From Ascoidea asiatica JCM 7603 (lineage: Eukaryota; Fungi; Ascomycota), in the NCBI GenBank assembly GCA_001600695.1, contig BCKQ01000003.1, forward strand, positions 1,556,526 to 1,620,525: a stretch of 64,000 nt of DNA, written 5' to 3'. Positions 1-12,190 of this stretch are shown here, piece after piece. Every line of letters starts with the position of its first letter. Positions within the stretch are counted from its first letter, which is position 1. A model generated the notes under the pieces. That model did not search any database and was not told the origin of the DNA. It saw nothing but the letters and a program-made list of their open reading frames with translations. Made by a program: the position numbers and the translations under genes.

Positions 1-1
1 A

Positions 2-1519
2 ATTTGAAAGAGAATTACGAAGTGGATTAGTGGTAAACACTGGAGAAGAGGAAGATCTGAAAAATAGAGAATTTCGTTTCTTTGAAACATCTATTGTATT
101 TGATAAAGAATTGTTTAAATCAGATTCAGAAAAATGGTTTGGATTAATTATATCATCATTCAAAATATTGGATATATCATTACTATTTTTATGGGAATGA
201 CGTATTTCTGGATGAACATTTAAGTTTGCTTTACTGGAATTAGTATTATTATAACTTTTGAGAGAATATAATATTGAGTTTCTTTTTTTAGAAGCTGGAC
301 TATAAAGTGAAAAATGTGGATTATTTTTAGTATTTTTATTTTCATTATTGTTATCATAATCTTCATTATCATCGTCATCATCTGAATAATTTTCTTCTTC
401 TAAATAAATTGAATGTGAATTTTTTTGGGAATTTTTCTCAATTTTTTTTAACATTTTAATTTTTCTTTTATTTTCTATTCTTTTTTTAATTAAAATTGAA
501 TTATTATCTAAAATCTCCAACAAATCTAAGGATTTTTTTTTAATTAACTGATTGATTTTGAAATCATTATTTGTTATATTATTTTTGATTTTAAAATTTT
601 TTGAAATATCTAAGATCAAATTGTAAAAAATTAATTTAATATTTTTAATAATATCATTATTATTTGAATTTATTAAAATATGTTGTAAGATTATAATAAC
701 TTTCAAAATAGTTCTATAATTAAAATTGTAATTATTTAAAGTTAAATTATTTTTTTTAGTTGTTGAATTTATACCAGGAATAAATATTTTCAAAGAATTG
801 TGATTATTTTTATTATTATAATTAAGAATTTTATTAAAAGTATTGTTATTGTTAGCACCATTATTAAAAAATTTTGCAAAAATTGAATTTAAATCTTTAA
901 ATAAAATTTTTAAAATAAATATTCTATTATTAAATGATAAATTTGAAATTTGAGTTAATTCATTTAATTGATCTGCTGAAGGTCCCCAACTATCAATATT
1001 TGTCGAATTTCTAATTAATATTTGAATGTAAGAATTATTATATTTTGAGTTTACATGGGATATTGGATTTGGGAAATTATTGTGATTACTATTATTATTA
1101 TTGTTATTGTTATGAATATTATTGTTATTGTTATTATTATTGTTATTATTAATGATTTTGCTTTTCTTTTGTGATGATTTAACTTTCGATTTCACTTTTA
1201 CTCTATTATTATAGACATCATTGTAATTATCATCATCGTTATCATTATCACTATCACTATCACTATCATTATTATAATTTTGATGAGTTTCTATATTACT
1301 TTGTCTATGAGATCTAATTTTAATTTCTCTTTCATTGTTTGAATTTAAAGAAGAATGACTTTTTTTTTGAGAAAATTGATTGAACTGATTAAAATTATCT
1401 AATTCAGCTATATTATTTAAATTATTTTTTGAATCATTTATATCAAATGAAGGACCCTTTTTTAAATTAAAAGATAAAGATAATCTTCTCTTCAATTTTT
1501 CAGATTTTGAATTGAACAT
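2..1519 (-). CDS. ENTH-domain (epsin/Ent4-like) protein, 3' end truncated by the window edge
   Basis: Not in the ORF track. ATG at 1519 (MFNSKSEKLKRRLSLSF...) and the frame appears open to the window edge. IRNSTNIDSWGPSADQLNELTQIS, YRTILKVIIILQHILINS and QLIKKKSLDLLEILDNNSILIKKR match ENTH helices (VRxATxxDPWGP, WRxxxKxLxLLxYL, VRxKAKELxxLL). Confidence 0.65.
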   Translation of the reverse strand, partial: MFNSKSEKLKRRLSLSFNLKKGPSFDINDSKNNLNNIAELDNFNQFNQFSQKKSHSSLNSNNEREIKIRSHRQSNIETHQNYNNDSDSDSDNDNDDDNYNDVYNNRVKVKSKVKSSQKKSKIINNNNNNNNNNNIHNNNNNNNSNHNNFPNPISHVNSKYNNSYIQILIRNSTNIDSWGPSADQLNELTQISNLSFNNRIFILKILFKDLNSIFAKFFNNGANNNNTFNKILNYNNKNNHNSLKIFIPGINSTTKKNNLTLNNYNFNYRTILKVIIILQHILINSNNNDIIKNIKLIFYNLILDISKNFKIKNNITNNDFKINQLIKKKSLDLLEILDNNSILIKKRIENKRKIKMLKKIEKNSQKNSHSIYLEEENYSDDDDDNEDYDNNNENKNTKNNPHFSLYSPASKKRNSILYSLKSYNNTNSSKANLNVHPEIRHSHKNSNDISNILNDDIINPNHFSESDLNNSLSNTIDVSKKRNSLFFRSSSSPVFTTNPLRNSLSN

Positions 1520-2829
1520 TTATGATTATTAATTATTCCAATTTTAGAAAGTATATCAAGGAAGGATATTTTTGAATTATGTTATGAAAATGAATGAACT
1601 GAAATAATCAAATAATTAAAAAATCAAATAATGAAATTGAAATAAGAGAAATTTTGATTGAATATAAAATAAGAAGACAAAAAGACAAGAAGATAAAAAA
1701 AAGAGAAAGTGAAATTGATTAGAGTCTTAGAATTAAAATTAGTATTGTTTGATTTAATATATCCAATCTCAAACCAACCAGTACAAAGCAATGTACGATT
1801 ATCTGAAATTTGAAAGTAAAGAGCACAGGTTTAGCCTAAAGAGTGCAGAGATGAATTGATTGTATGCAATAGCACAATATTGGACTAAATTATCAAAAAC
1901 GTCAATTGCATAAACCTCTTTCTATGTTTCTCAGCTTCTTAAGTTATTTTTATTTTCCTTTGTTTCCTTCTTTTTTTTTCACAATTAAACTGCAGTTGCC
2001 TTGAATTCTTTAAAAAGGAAGTTACTTGAACTTGACTACTTTTTAGACAGCCTATTTATTTTTCTCGACAGTAAGGTTATCTCCTTCTTTTTCAATAGAT
2101 GAAGCAGAAATACTACACTACGTAACTTTACTCTAGAGTATTTCATTTGTGCTCCTACAGTACAATCGTACCAATACTTAAATATTTGTTTAAAATAGTC
2201 GATTTTGTCAGATTTGATTCAAATTGTTAACTTGAGAAGATTTTCCAGCCGCTAGCTTTCAGAATAGATTTATTCACGAAACTGAACTATTTCAGACCAT
2301 AATGCTGCTCATTTGGGCACGCAATTCTCCCAGTTTTGTGTGCAAGTGAGATCTCGGTGCGCAGCTGGAACTGCGGGCACAATAATAGCAACTTTAAAGG
2401 CAGTGTGCGCTTGGCTCAGGGTGCAAGAGGTTCCCGCTCCGTGGTGCTGTATTTAGAATTCTAAACAATGCGCGCGTATTGCGCTTAACGTTTCGCGTTG
2501 TAGATTAAACTTTCAACGGCGGGCACTCGCTGCAAAAAAGGGTAACCTTATTACGCCTGACTGCATGACACGCCGTAAAACACGCCTGAATACGGTGCCC
2601 AAAGTGAATACCGTTTCCCTGGATTCGCGAGCTTTGAATAACAATCCACGTGATTAAACCACGTGCGGTTAAAATATCTTTCCGCGGATATACTGTTGAA
2701 AAAAAATGAATTTTCAATGAGACTCGTTGATAACTGAAATTTAATTCAATCATTTTATCATCCATTTATTTACCCTTTACCATTTATTATTCTTTATTGT
2801 TTTGGTAGTGGATAAAAATAAGAAAAATA

Positions 2830-3813
2830 ATGGAACAAGGAGATAATGATTTATTAGAGATAGTAAATCAAGATACTAAAGAAAACTTATATGAAAATTT
2901 AAATTTCGAAATAAATCAGATTCAAGATTATAATGATATTTCTATAAGTGAAGTCAAAAAAAATTATTATAAATTAGCATTAATCTATCATCCTGATAAG
3001 GTTAAAAAGAGTGATAAAAATAAAGATAATACAATAGAGTTATTCAATAATATATTAAAGTCTTATAATCTACTAGCCCAATCTCCCGAAGATTCAATTC
3101 TAAAATATAATAATTATTTAAATAAATTGAAAGAAAAATTAATTCAAAAAAGATTAAATGATGAAAAGTTAAATCTTAAAAAATTACAATTAATTAATAA
3201 TGAAAATAAATTCAATAAAAGTGTAAAACAAAATTTGAATCAAAATTTGAATAATAATAAAATTGAATTAATCAAAAGAGATGGACACTTAAAAATACTA
3301 AAATTACAAGAATCTTTATTCAAAAAACAATTAAATACTAATAAAGAAAAATTTATGAAAAATAATGAAAATGAAAAAGATTACCTTAATAAACCAAATT
3401 TAGATTTTAGATCAATAAATTTAATTATTTCAATATCTAAGTCAGTAGTTGATAATAATATTGATATTTTACTTGATTTTTTCAGACAATTTGGTAAAAT
3501 TCAGTCAATAAATAAAAAAATTTATGGAAATGACAATAACAATAATGATAATCAGTTCATAATAACATTAATATATGAGAATATTCAAAATGCCTTTGTT
3601 GCTTTCAGTAATTGTAATTCATTCAATAATAACAATAAAGACAACAATAATAGTATAAAAATCATCTCAAGTAACTATAAACTTAATTCAATGAACTCAA
3701 TTCAAAAAATTTTATATTCAAATTCAGCTAAATCTAGTCTTTCTTTTTATGACTATAAAGAGCTAACTCTTTTGAATTTACATAATTATATCAACAAAAA
3801 TAGCCAAAGTTGA
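2830..3813 (+). CDS. CWC23: J-domain plus degenerate RRM protein, spliceosomal Cwc23/DNAJC17 type
   Basis: N-terminal J domain (VKKNYYKLALIYHPDK), a coiled coil, then an RRM-like segment (FFRQFGKIQSI). Confidence 0.7.
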   Translation: MEQGDNDLLEIVNQDTKENLYENLNFEINQIQDYNDISISEVKKNYYKLALIYHPDKVKKSDKNKDNTIELFNNILKSYNLLAQSPEDSILKYNNYLNKLKEKLIQKRLNDEKLNLKKLQLINNENKFNKSVKQNLNQNLNNNKIELIKRDGHLKILKLQESLFKKQLNTNKEKFMKNNENEKDYLNKPNLDFRSINLIISISKSVVDNNIDILLDFFRQFGKIQSINKKIYGNDNNNNDNQFIITLIYENIQNAFVAFSNCNSFNNNNKDNNNSIKIISSNYKLNSMNSIQKILYSNSAKSSLSFYDYKELTLLNLHNYINKNSQS

Positions 3814-4450
3814 AAAGAAACAATATTTTTTCATTAGTACACAGAGACCAGTTTTGTGGTAATTATTTTCTTGAGTGAGAAATCATCTGAAAATTTAATG
3901 TCATTTGAATGAATGATTCTCGGTCTTGGAGGAACTCGGTTAATTAACCTTGTTTGCTCTATCTTACTCCGCTTTTCACCATGTTACGTAATCACCATTT
4001 CAGCAATCAATTAATTAATTTCTAATTAATTGATCTTTAATTAATGTTTAATATTTAATTGTTCTTTTAATTGATATTCAATCAATTCCATCAATTAATC
4101 TTTTAATTAATCACTTTGTCAATCGATAATTTATTAATTAGTCTGTTTATTAGTTAATACACAAATAGAGTTATTAATCGCCTTGGTTACCTTAATTAAT
4201 TTATACAAACACAATTTCATCAAAAAACTTCACATGGGTTTTTAAGATCTTTGAAATCTTTTATTTTTGCATCATTTTCAATTAAAATCTACAATTTAAA
4301 CAGTATATATTAATCAGTTTATCCTCTCCAAAATATTCAACTTAGTTTCTTATTGTATTTTATTTATCAGCTCTTACTTACATTCAAATTATCCATTTCT
4401 ACCAGAAATTCATCTTACAATAATATATCATCAATTGTAACACTGGAAAA

Positions 4451-7375
4451 ATGTATTATGATATGAAAGATAAAATATCAAAGTTTATAACTATATTCAA
4501 CCTTTGTTATAAAAAGTATTCATTCAGAGATAAAAATTTGTTATTAAAATTCAAAAGAAATTTTATTTCTTCAAATCATATTATTTCAATATTCATAATT
4601 TCAATATTATCAACTTTTGGATTTTCTTCATATATAATAATTAAAAAACTTATCAATATAATTCAAGAAAAAAGACAATTTAGAAAATTAAATTTTTTAA
4701 ATCAACTTAATCATCAAAATCAATTATTTGAAAAAAATGAAACCAATGAAAGTTCAAATACAATCAATGATATTAGTTTGAATCATAAATATAATTTAAA
4801 TCATAGGTATAATTTAAATAATACTAAAAATAAAAATAAATTAAAAAATAGAAGTAGAAGTAAGTTTGATTTAAGATCTTACAGTTTCATTGGTTTCAAT
4901 TCAAGACCAGTAACCTCAAATAATACTAGAGAATTATTAATTACAAATGAAAAAAATCAAACAATTAAAAAAATTTTCATCAATTCTGTCTCGAAGGATA
5001 TTTTTGATAAAGATAGATTAGTTTTCAAGAATTTCAATCTAACTTATAACAATTATAATTTTAATAATTTTAATAATAAAAAAAGTTTAATTAATTTCAA
5101 ACTATTAAGTAAATTATATATATTATGGCAAATTTTAATACCAAAATTCTTAAATAAAAATTCTTACCTTTTGATTTTGAATATTTTATTCTTAATTTCA
5201 AGAACTTATCTTTCTTTATTAATAACTAAATTAGATGGTCAAATTGTTAAAGATATTATTGGCTCAAACTTGTCTAATTTTATAATTGACTTAATATATT
5301 GGTTTTTAATTTCTTTTCCAGCTTCTTATATCAATTCTTCTATCAAATATTTAACAAAAAGATTAGCTTTGAATTTCAGAACAAATTTAATCAGATATAT
5401 TCATGATATTTATTTGAATGATAAAATGGTTTTTTATAAAATTTTATTTTTAATTAAAATTCAAAATCAAAAAGATCAAAAAGATCATAAAGATCCTCCT
5501 ATTTCAAAAAAATTTATAAATAATAAGATTAAAGACTCAATTATAAATGATTCTCTTTCAAATTCAAATATTCAAAGTATAGATGATTTAACTCAATTTA
5601 TAACTAATGATGTAACTAAATTTTCTGATACAATTGCTTCTCTTTTTTCAAATTTAGGTAAACCGATTATGGACATTTTCTTTTTTGCAATATATCTAAG
5701 AGATAATTTAGGTACAATGGGTATAATTGGTTTATTTATAAACTATATCTTAACTGCATATATTTTAAAAAGAAATACTCCAAATTTTAGTAAATTAATC
5801 AATGAAAAACAAAATCTTGAAAGTAAATACTATAACTATCATTTAAATTTAATGAATAATTCCGAGGAAATTTCTCTTTATAATGGAATAAAAATCGAAT
5901 CTTTAAGAATAAATATTATCTTCAATAAATTAATCAATCATATTAGTAAATATAATACTTTAAAATTCTATTATAGTTTTTTGGAAAATTACATTTTAAA
6001 ATTCACTTGGTCTGCCTCGGGTTATTTATTTGCTTCAATTCCTTTGATAACTCAATATTTAATATCTTCTTCGATTTCAAAAGCTGGTGGTAAAAGTGAA
6101 ACTAAAATTATTGGAAAAACTGTTAAAAGCGAAAACAAAGTTTCAATGCAATCAAAAAATATGAGACAATTTATAATTAATAAAAGATTAATGTTGTCAG
6201 TTGCTGATGCTGGAAGTAGATTAATGTATAGTATCAAAGATATTTCTAAATTAATTGGATATACAAATAGAATATTCAATTTATTAGATTTACTTCACAA
6301 AGCTCATTCTTCAAATTTCAATTATGGTGATAAATATGGTAATGATATAAAGGGAACAGTTCAAAATGATTATCCAGGATTAAGATTAGAACAAGCGCCT
6401 GTAATTATTCCATCTCAATCGGGTTCTGATGGAGAGTGCTTAATTAAAAATTTATCTTTTCAAATAAAACCTTTTGAAAATTTATTAATTTTAGGTTTTA
6501 ATGGTTCTGGAAAGACTTCAATTCAAAGAATAGTTGCAGGATTATGGCCTTTATATAATGGATTATTATCAAAACCAAATGATAAAAATATTTTATATTT
6601 ACCTCAAAAGCCATATTTTACTGATGGTTCATTAAGAGATCAAATTATTTATCCTTTAAATGAATTTGAAATGATGGAACAAGGTTATTCTGATAATGAT
6701 TTAGTTGAAATTTTGAAAGAAGTTAAGCTAGATTATTTATTAAAACGTAACTTTGAATCAAATGATGTATCTTTAAAGATTAAAGATCCAAATGGAAAAA
6801 AAACATTAGATAATAAGATAGATAATGGTTTAAATAATTTTGACTATTATAATATGAATAATTTTAATTCTATTAAAGAATGGCAAGATTTATTAAGTGG
6901 TGGAGAAAAACAAAGAATTGGATTTGCAAGAATTTTATTTAAAAAACCAGCATTTGCAATTTTAGATGAATCAACAAATGCAATATCTAGAGATATTGAA
7001 GATAATTTATTTGAGCTTTTAAAAACTAAAAAAATAACTTTTATTACATTAAGTCATAGACCTTTGTTAATGAAATATCATGATCAAATTATAAAAATTT
7101 TAAAAGATGGAAAATGGACTATTGAATCTTCAAGTTCCGACAAAGCGATTCAATCAATTGAAAAAGAAATTCAAGAGATAGAATTAAAATTAAAACAGGT
7201 TGCAGAAATGGAAAAAAGGAAAAAAGAATTAGACTTTTTATTAAATGATGATCAAGATGATGAAAGCGATTACGATTATAATGAGACTGAAGAACAATCT
7301 AAATTTAATTTATTGGAATATGGGGATGATAGTAATGTTAGTGATTCTAGTAATTCTAGTAATATAGCTTTTTAA
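4451..7375 (+). CDS. PXA1: Peroxisomal long-chain fatty acyl-CoA ABC half-transporter (ABCD family)
   Basis: YLRDNLG, NNSEEI (EAA loop), KRLMLSVADAGSRLMYSIKDIS, Walker A GFNGSGKTS, signature LSGGEKQR and Walker B ILDEST, closely matching yeast Pxa1. Confidence 0.92.
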   Translation: MYYDMKDKISKFITIFNLCYKKYSFRDKNLLLKFKRNFISSNHIISIFIISILSTFGFSSYIIIKKLINIIQEKRQFRKLNFLNQLNHQNQLFEKNETNESSNTINDISLNHKYNLNHRYNLNNTKNKNKLKNRSRSKFDLRSYSFIGFNSRPVTSNNTRELLITNEKNQTIKKIFINSVSKDIFDKDRLVFKNFNLTYNNYNFNNFNNKKSLINFKLLSKLYILWQILIPKFLNKNSYLLILNILFLISRTYLSLLITKLDGQIVKDIIGSNLSNFIIDLIYWFLISFPASYINSSIKYLTKRLALNFRTNLIRYIHDIYLNDKMVFYKILFLIKIQNQKDQKDHKDPPISKKFINNKIKDSIINDSLSNSNIQSIDDLTQFITNDVTKFSDTIASLFSNLGKPIMDIFFFAIYLRDNLGTMGIIGLFINYILTAYILKRNTPNFSKLINEKQNLESKYYNYHLNLMNNSEEISLYNGIKIESLRINIIFNKLINHISKYNTLKFYYSFLENYILKFTWSASGYLFASIPLITQYLISSSISKAGGKSETKIIGKTVKSENKVSMQSKNMRQFIINKRLMLSVADAGSRLMYSIKDISKLIGYTNRIFNLLDLLHKAHSSNFNYGDKYGNDIKGTVQNDYPGLRLEQAPVIIPSQSGSDGECLIKNLSFQIKPFENLLILGFNGSGKTSIQRIVAGLWPLYNGLLSKPNDKNILYLPQKPYFTDGSLRDQIIYPLNEFEMMEQGYSDNDLVEILKEVKLDYLLKRNFESNDVSLKIKDPNGKKTLDNKIDNGLNNFDYYNMNNFNSIKEWQDLLSGGEKQRIGFARILFKKPAFAILDESTNAISRDIEDNLFELLKTKKITFITLSHRPLLMKYHDQIIKILKDGKWTIESSSSDKAIQSIEKEIQEIELKLKQVAEMEKRKKELDFLLNDDQDDESDYDYNETEEQSKFNLLEYGDDSNVSDSSNSSNIAF

Positions 7376-7589
7376 GTGTGGCTTTTCAGTCTACAAAATC
7401 GTGTAAAGTAATATATATATACTGTATATAGCATGAAAAGCCTAACAAACAATTATAAAACGGTTCTAACTTGTTCAATCAGATAAAAAAAAAAGATTAT
7501 GAGTAAATTTAAACAATCGGAGGATTTATATATTATATAAATTAATAGAAAAAATTCTTTAAAAAAAAAATGAAGTAGTAAAACATTTA

Positions 7590-8453
7590 TTATACCCATG
7601 GGACTCCAATAAAAAGATCATTTTCTGAAAACCTTTCTTTTGCAAGAGAGTAATTTAATAGGTTTTTCAATTTTGGATTCGTAAGGTAATAGGAAGGAAC
7701 ACAATTAAATGGATTTCTAGAAAATTTTTTAGCTAATAGTTTCCCTGAACAACCGAATGGATCCAATTCAAATAAATGAAGAGCATTTTTATATTCTGAG
7801 TTATCGAGATCTTTGAAGAATTTGTCATTCTTAGCTTTATCTTTGTAATTTGGAACCATATCAAAACCAATATACTCTACATCACTTATAGGATATTTCA
7901 ATGCTTTGATATGATGATTTAAAAATCTAAATTTCTTAAAATTATAGCCAACTATAATTATTTTCCTTGGATAAGTATTTGTAATCTCAAAAAATCTAGC
8001 AATCGAAAACAAGACATTTTCAAAAGAATCTCTAGCAAATTCTTCTAATATAATTTTATTAATCAAAGTTTCATCCAAACATTCATCAAATACATACTCT
8101 TTTTTATTTTGTAAGATAACATTCAAATAACTAAAAGCCTCAGAAATACAACCAGCTTTTAATTTTGTTTTTCCTCCGGATATTATTAATAAGTTTCTGG
8201 AATTGTGATTCAAAGCTTTCAAAGATTCCTTGATTTGTTTAAGCCAAATCAAATTATCATAACTTTCTTTTTGAAAATCTTCCATATACCAATCATTTAA
8301 TGATTCCCCTCGGCCTGAACCTTTATAAATCCCATGACAAGGAAGTATGATCAAAGTATCGATTTCCGAGTAATACTTTTCTGTATTTATTTTGTTCGAA
8401 ATCACTTCATTTGAAGGCAAGTGTAAATCCGAAATAGTTTTGCCAGGTCCCAT
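7590..8453 (-). CDS. Conserved fungal YOR238W-like (DUF218-like) protein
   Basis: LIILPCHGIY, LIISGGKTK, ISEAFSY, EEFARDSFENVLFSIARF, DPFG and RNPF motifs. The first ATG is at 8453; the track start at 8462 is TTG. Confidence 0.7.
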   Translation of the reverse strand: MGPGKTISDLHLPSNEVISNKINTEKYYSEIDTLIILPCHGIYKGSGRGESLNDWYMEDFQKESYDNLIWLKQIKESLKALNHNSRNLLIISGGKTKLKAGCISEAFSYLNVILQNKKEYVFDECLDETLINKIILEEFARDSFENVLFSIARFFEITNTYPRKIIIVGYNFKKFRFLNHHIKALKYPISDVEYIGFDMVPNYKDKAKNDKFFKDLDNSEYKNALHLFELDPFGCSGKLLAKKFSRNPFNCVPSYYLTNPKLKNLLNYSLAKERFSENDLFIGVPWV

Positions 8454-8636
8454 TAAAGTCAATCTAAAACAGCAAAGTAAAATATTCTATAAGCCTATAA
8501 AAAAAATATAAAATCAAATCAAGCAAGCAACAATGGATTGTCTGAAATAAAATATGAAATATAATCTTTACCTTACTCTATTTTGAAATATAACTGTTAT
8601 GAGCATCGTTAGCTCTACTGCTGCACTTGCCCCAGT

Positions 8637-8642
8637 ACGCGT
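8637..8642. promoter_or_regulatory. MCB (ACGCGT) in the GC-rich patch of the divergent YOR238W-like/PWWP promoter
   Basis: Exact ACGCGT. A Reb1-like TACCCGG lies at 8654-8660. Confidence 0.35.
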
Positions 8643-8966
8643 CCAATGGGGGATACCCGGCGTCATTCCCTGAGGGCAGTAATAAAATAGAAATAGAAGT
8701 AAAACAGAAATAAATAGATAAAAGAAAAGTAAAATGGAATATTTACTGACTAAAACTTATAAATAAGGGCATAAAGCACCCAGAATTACTCAAACGGGAC
8801 TTGAGAGAACAAAATATTGATGAACTGAAAAAAATAAATATCCTTAGATATATATTCTTTTTAAATAAAATTCATCAAGTAACAAAACTTCAATATTTTT
8901 TCTGGGTTATAGAGGTGTTTTACTTAGAGCTAAAAAGCTTTTATCTAATTTAATTTTTCGTTCAAA

Positions 8967-11395
8967 ATGGTTGAAAGCAATGACTTACCTATTGGGACTA
9001 GAATATATTTAAGTGTTCCAGGGTATCCCCCTTGGCCTGCTATGGTATGTTTTTTTCATAAACTTAAATGTAATCTTAACTATTATTTGGGATTCAACTT
9101 ACTAACAACTAAGCTAATTTTCAATATATTTAGGTTATTCCTGAAACGCTTGCTAGCAAAAGTGATAAGCTTTATAAGGGAGATAATCTTTACTTCTCCT
9201 GTTTTTATAATCACAATTCTGCTGGATGGGTTAACTCAAGTAACTATATAATTTTAGATGATGAGAGGATCAGGAAACTTATAAATAAACTAGAAGAACA
9301 ACCTTCAATAAAAAAATCAAGGAAAAAATTAGAAACTAAAAATATAATAAATGGGCTAAAAGATGCATTAAAATATAAAGAAATTGATAGTTTTTACAAA
9401 TATAAGAGATTTGATACATCGGAAGAAATTTCAAGTGAAAAAGAAAATGTACAAAATAGCTCTTTAGAACAAGAGTTGAATTCTAGTGATAAAGTTGACA
9501 ATCTTAAATCTGAGCCTAAAGTAACTGAATCTCAAAAAATAAAGAAAATAACAAAAAAAGGTCAAGAAATTGAAAGAAGAAAAACTGCTTCAGTTGAAGC
9601 AGAATCAAATGTTGATCTTCAAAATCATAGAAGACAGACTTTAAATAGAAGAAGAAGTTCAAGTAGAAAACTATTTTCAAGTAAAAAATTAAGTCCAAGT
9701 AAAAATGTTTCAGAAGAAAGAGAGATTTCTGCTACACCTTCTGACAAAACTCCTAAACTTATTTCTCCCAATAAGAAAAAAGAAGAAAGTAGTACTCTAG
9801 ATAAGAAAAATAATATACTGGATAAAAAAAGGAGAATAACACTTAAATTACATTCACCCGAAATTGGACCTTTTGAAAACTCAACTCCTTTCAAAGATTC
9901 AGATCATCTTAATAATTTTGTTATTTCAAAGGAAACAACAAAATCACCTTTAAAAGAGACATCAGATCTAAAAAATATACTGGAGGGCAATTCACCAACA
10001 TTTTCAAGTCCTAATTCAATGGTGTCTATAAAAATTAAATCAGAGAGTGAAAATCAATTACTATCAGAAATAGAGTCTAGGAATAAAAATAATGATGCTG
10101 AAACTATTCATAATCAATCCAGTGAAATTTTTAACGATGAAAAAGAATTACCTAAATTCAAAATTGAAGAAGATCGTGAAAATATAAAAAAAGCTAATGG
10201 TTTAATTTCACAGAACAACAATATTACTAGAAAGAGAAAATCTAGTGTGAAACCAAAAGAAGTTCCTACTAAAAAAGCTAAAAAAAATTCGAATGAACTT
10301 TCAACTCTAGATACAAGAGAAGAAAGTTTACCCAAAAGCAGAAAAAAAACTGCTCTATTAAAAGACCAAGTTATTCATAATAAAAACGAAAAAATATCTG
10401 GGGGACGGCATTTTAATTCTCATAATATTCATCTTAAAGATTCTTATCAAAAAGTAAATGCTTTAAGGGCTAATAGATTAAATCATACTAATATCAAAAA
10501 AGAATTTTCAGATAATGAATCCATATCATTACCTATTATATCAAAGATCAAATCACCACCTGATCACAAAACTATAAAAAAAGAATCAGATGAATATAGT
10601 CCAAAGAAAAGTAAAAATAGCAATTCATCCTCAAGGGCATCATCAACTGCTGGTTTAAAAAAATTTGATAATGCCGATAACAAAAGGAAGTCCATCAGTT
10701 CTATCGATAATAACAATTTGAAAAAAATCTCCAACAAATCTAATTTACATAAAAATTCTTTTAGAAGCCCTCTATCAAATCATAAAATGCCTTCTAAAAA
10801 AATTGAAAGTCCCCTTTTTGGTAAAGCAGTTAACAAGACTCTTACAACTAAAAAGAGTAATATTGTTAAACTTAAAAATGCTCTAAAGCTTAAAAAAAAT
10901 GGTTTTAAAGATTCGGAAAATATCAAACTTGAAAGATCACCTGAATTAAGAAAAAAAAATCAAATAAAATCAAGAACATCTGAGAAGTTAGATCAAATTA
11001 ATAATGTATCTAATCTAAATTCTCACCGATATAATTTACCCAATGAATTTAGACATATATGGTCAATAAGATACAAAATGCAAAAGATTATGGAAAGTAG
11101 CGATTTAATGGGTAATAACGGAAAAGCAATGTGTGAAGAATTAGATAAGTTAGAAAAGATTCAAATGGATTTTGAATTATTTTGTTATTCTGAAATTTAT
11201 AAAATTTTGGGTGAAATTTTAATTTATAAAGAAAAGTTCCAATTTGAATCTGCTAGTAATGAAAAAATTTCACAAAGATGTCAAAAGCTTATTCTTAAAT
11301 GGAAAAACTTTATCATTTCTTTAAAAAAGAAAGAATCAAGTAAATTCAAGGAAAAGGAAGGAGAGAATGGAGCTTTGAAGCGTAAACGAGTGTAA
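8967..11395 (+). CDS. Spliced PWWP-domain chromatin protein with a C-terminal TFIIS-N/IBD-like helical domain (Pdp3/Ioc4/LEDGF-like); join(8967..9044,9134..11395), 779 aa
   Basis: Splicing joins track ORFs 8967 and 9476 in frame and gives VPGYPPWPAM|VIPE...YFSCFYNHNSAGWVNSSNY, a complete PWWP fold. The C-terminal IRYKMQK...LDKLEKIQMDFELFCYSEIYKILGEIL...CQKLILKWK resembles the TFIIS-N-like tail of Pdp3-family proteins. Confidence 0.8.
9045..9133 (+). other. Spliceosomal intron, 89 nt, phase 0
   Basis: GTATGT donor at 9045, TACTAAC branch point at 9100-9106, TAG acceptor at 9131-9133. Removal restores the reading frame. Confidence 0.92.
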
Positions 11396-12190
11396 ATTTG
11401 TTATATTTTTAGAATACATTTTTTATTTCAATTGAGGATAAAAGATTATATATAAAGTAGTTAAGTAATGTAAATTGAATATCATTAACACAAAATATGT
11501 TATAGTTACGATGTTGATGCTAACAATGATATTATTCAGTCTGAATAAATAGATTTAGAGATAGTTTTAAGGATAATTCAGGAAAAGTTCAAAAGACAGT
11601 TTAAAGAAATTTTTTTCAAAAAATGTAATTTTATAGAATAAATGAACAATCAATTAATATACGAAATAATATATGAAGTGAGAAAAACGTAGGATATTAA
11701 AGTAAGCGAAACAAAACTATTCACACAGTAGATCTAAGAATTGAAATGATTAATTAAGACTACAAATATAAACTGAAGTAAACAAAATTGTAAAAAATAA
11801 TTTCAGATAAAATAAAAAAAATTGAAAATGAAAAAAAAATGAAAACAAAATCAAATAAAATAGAATAAATTCATAGAAATTTAGTGAAAAACAATTATTA
11901 TCAAAATTCAAAGGGAGGATTAATAAGTAAATAAATAGATACATGAGTAAGTGAATAATTGAAATCAAAAAAGATCAAAGAAAAATTAAAGAAAAATCAA
12001 AGAAAAATCAAAATAAAGTAAGATAAATGAAAATAAATTAAAAGCAAACTAAAGAATAAGAAAATATATAATAATAGATTAATTTCATCAATACTGTACA
12101 AGCATATAAATACTAAAAGTAAGAATAAAAAACGATTTGAAAAAGTGAGTTAAGTTAAATTTCAGATAAAAGAAAAAAGTAAAAGCAAAG

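Noticed and set aside
8967-9251. 94-aa ORF and the separate TTG-started 639-aa ORF at 9476
   Set aside because: Both are fragments of one spliced PWWP gene.
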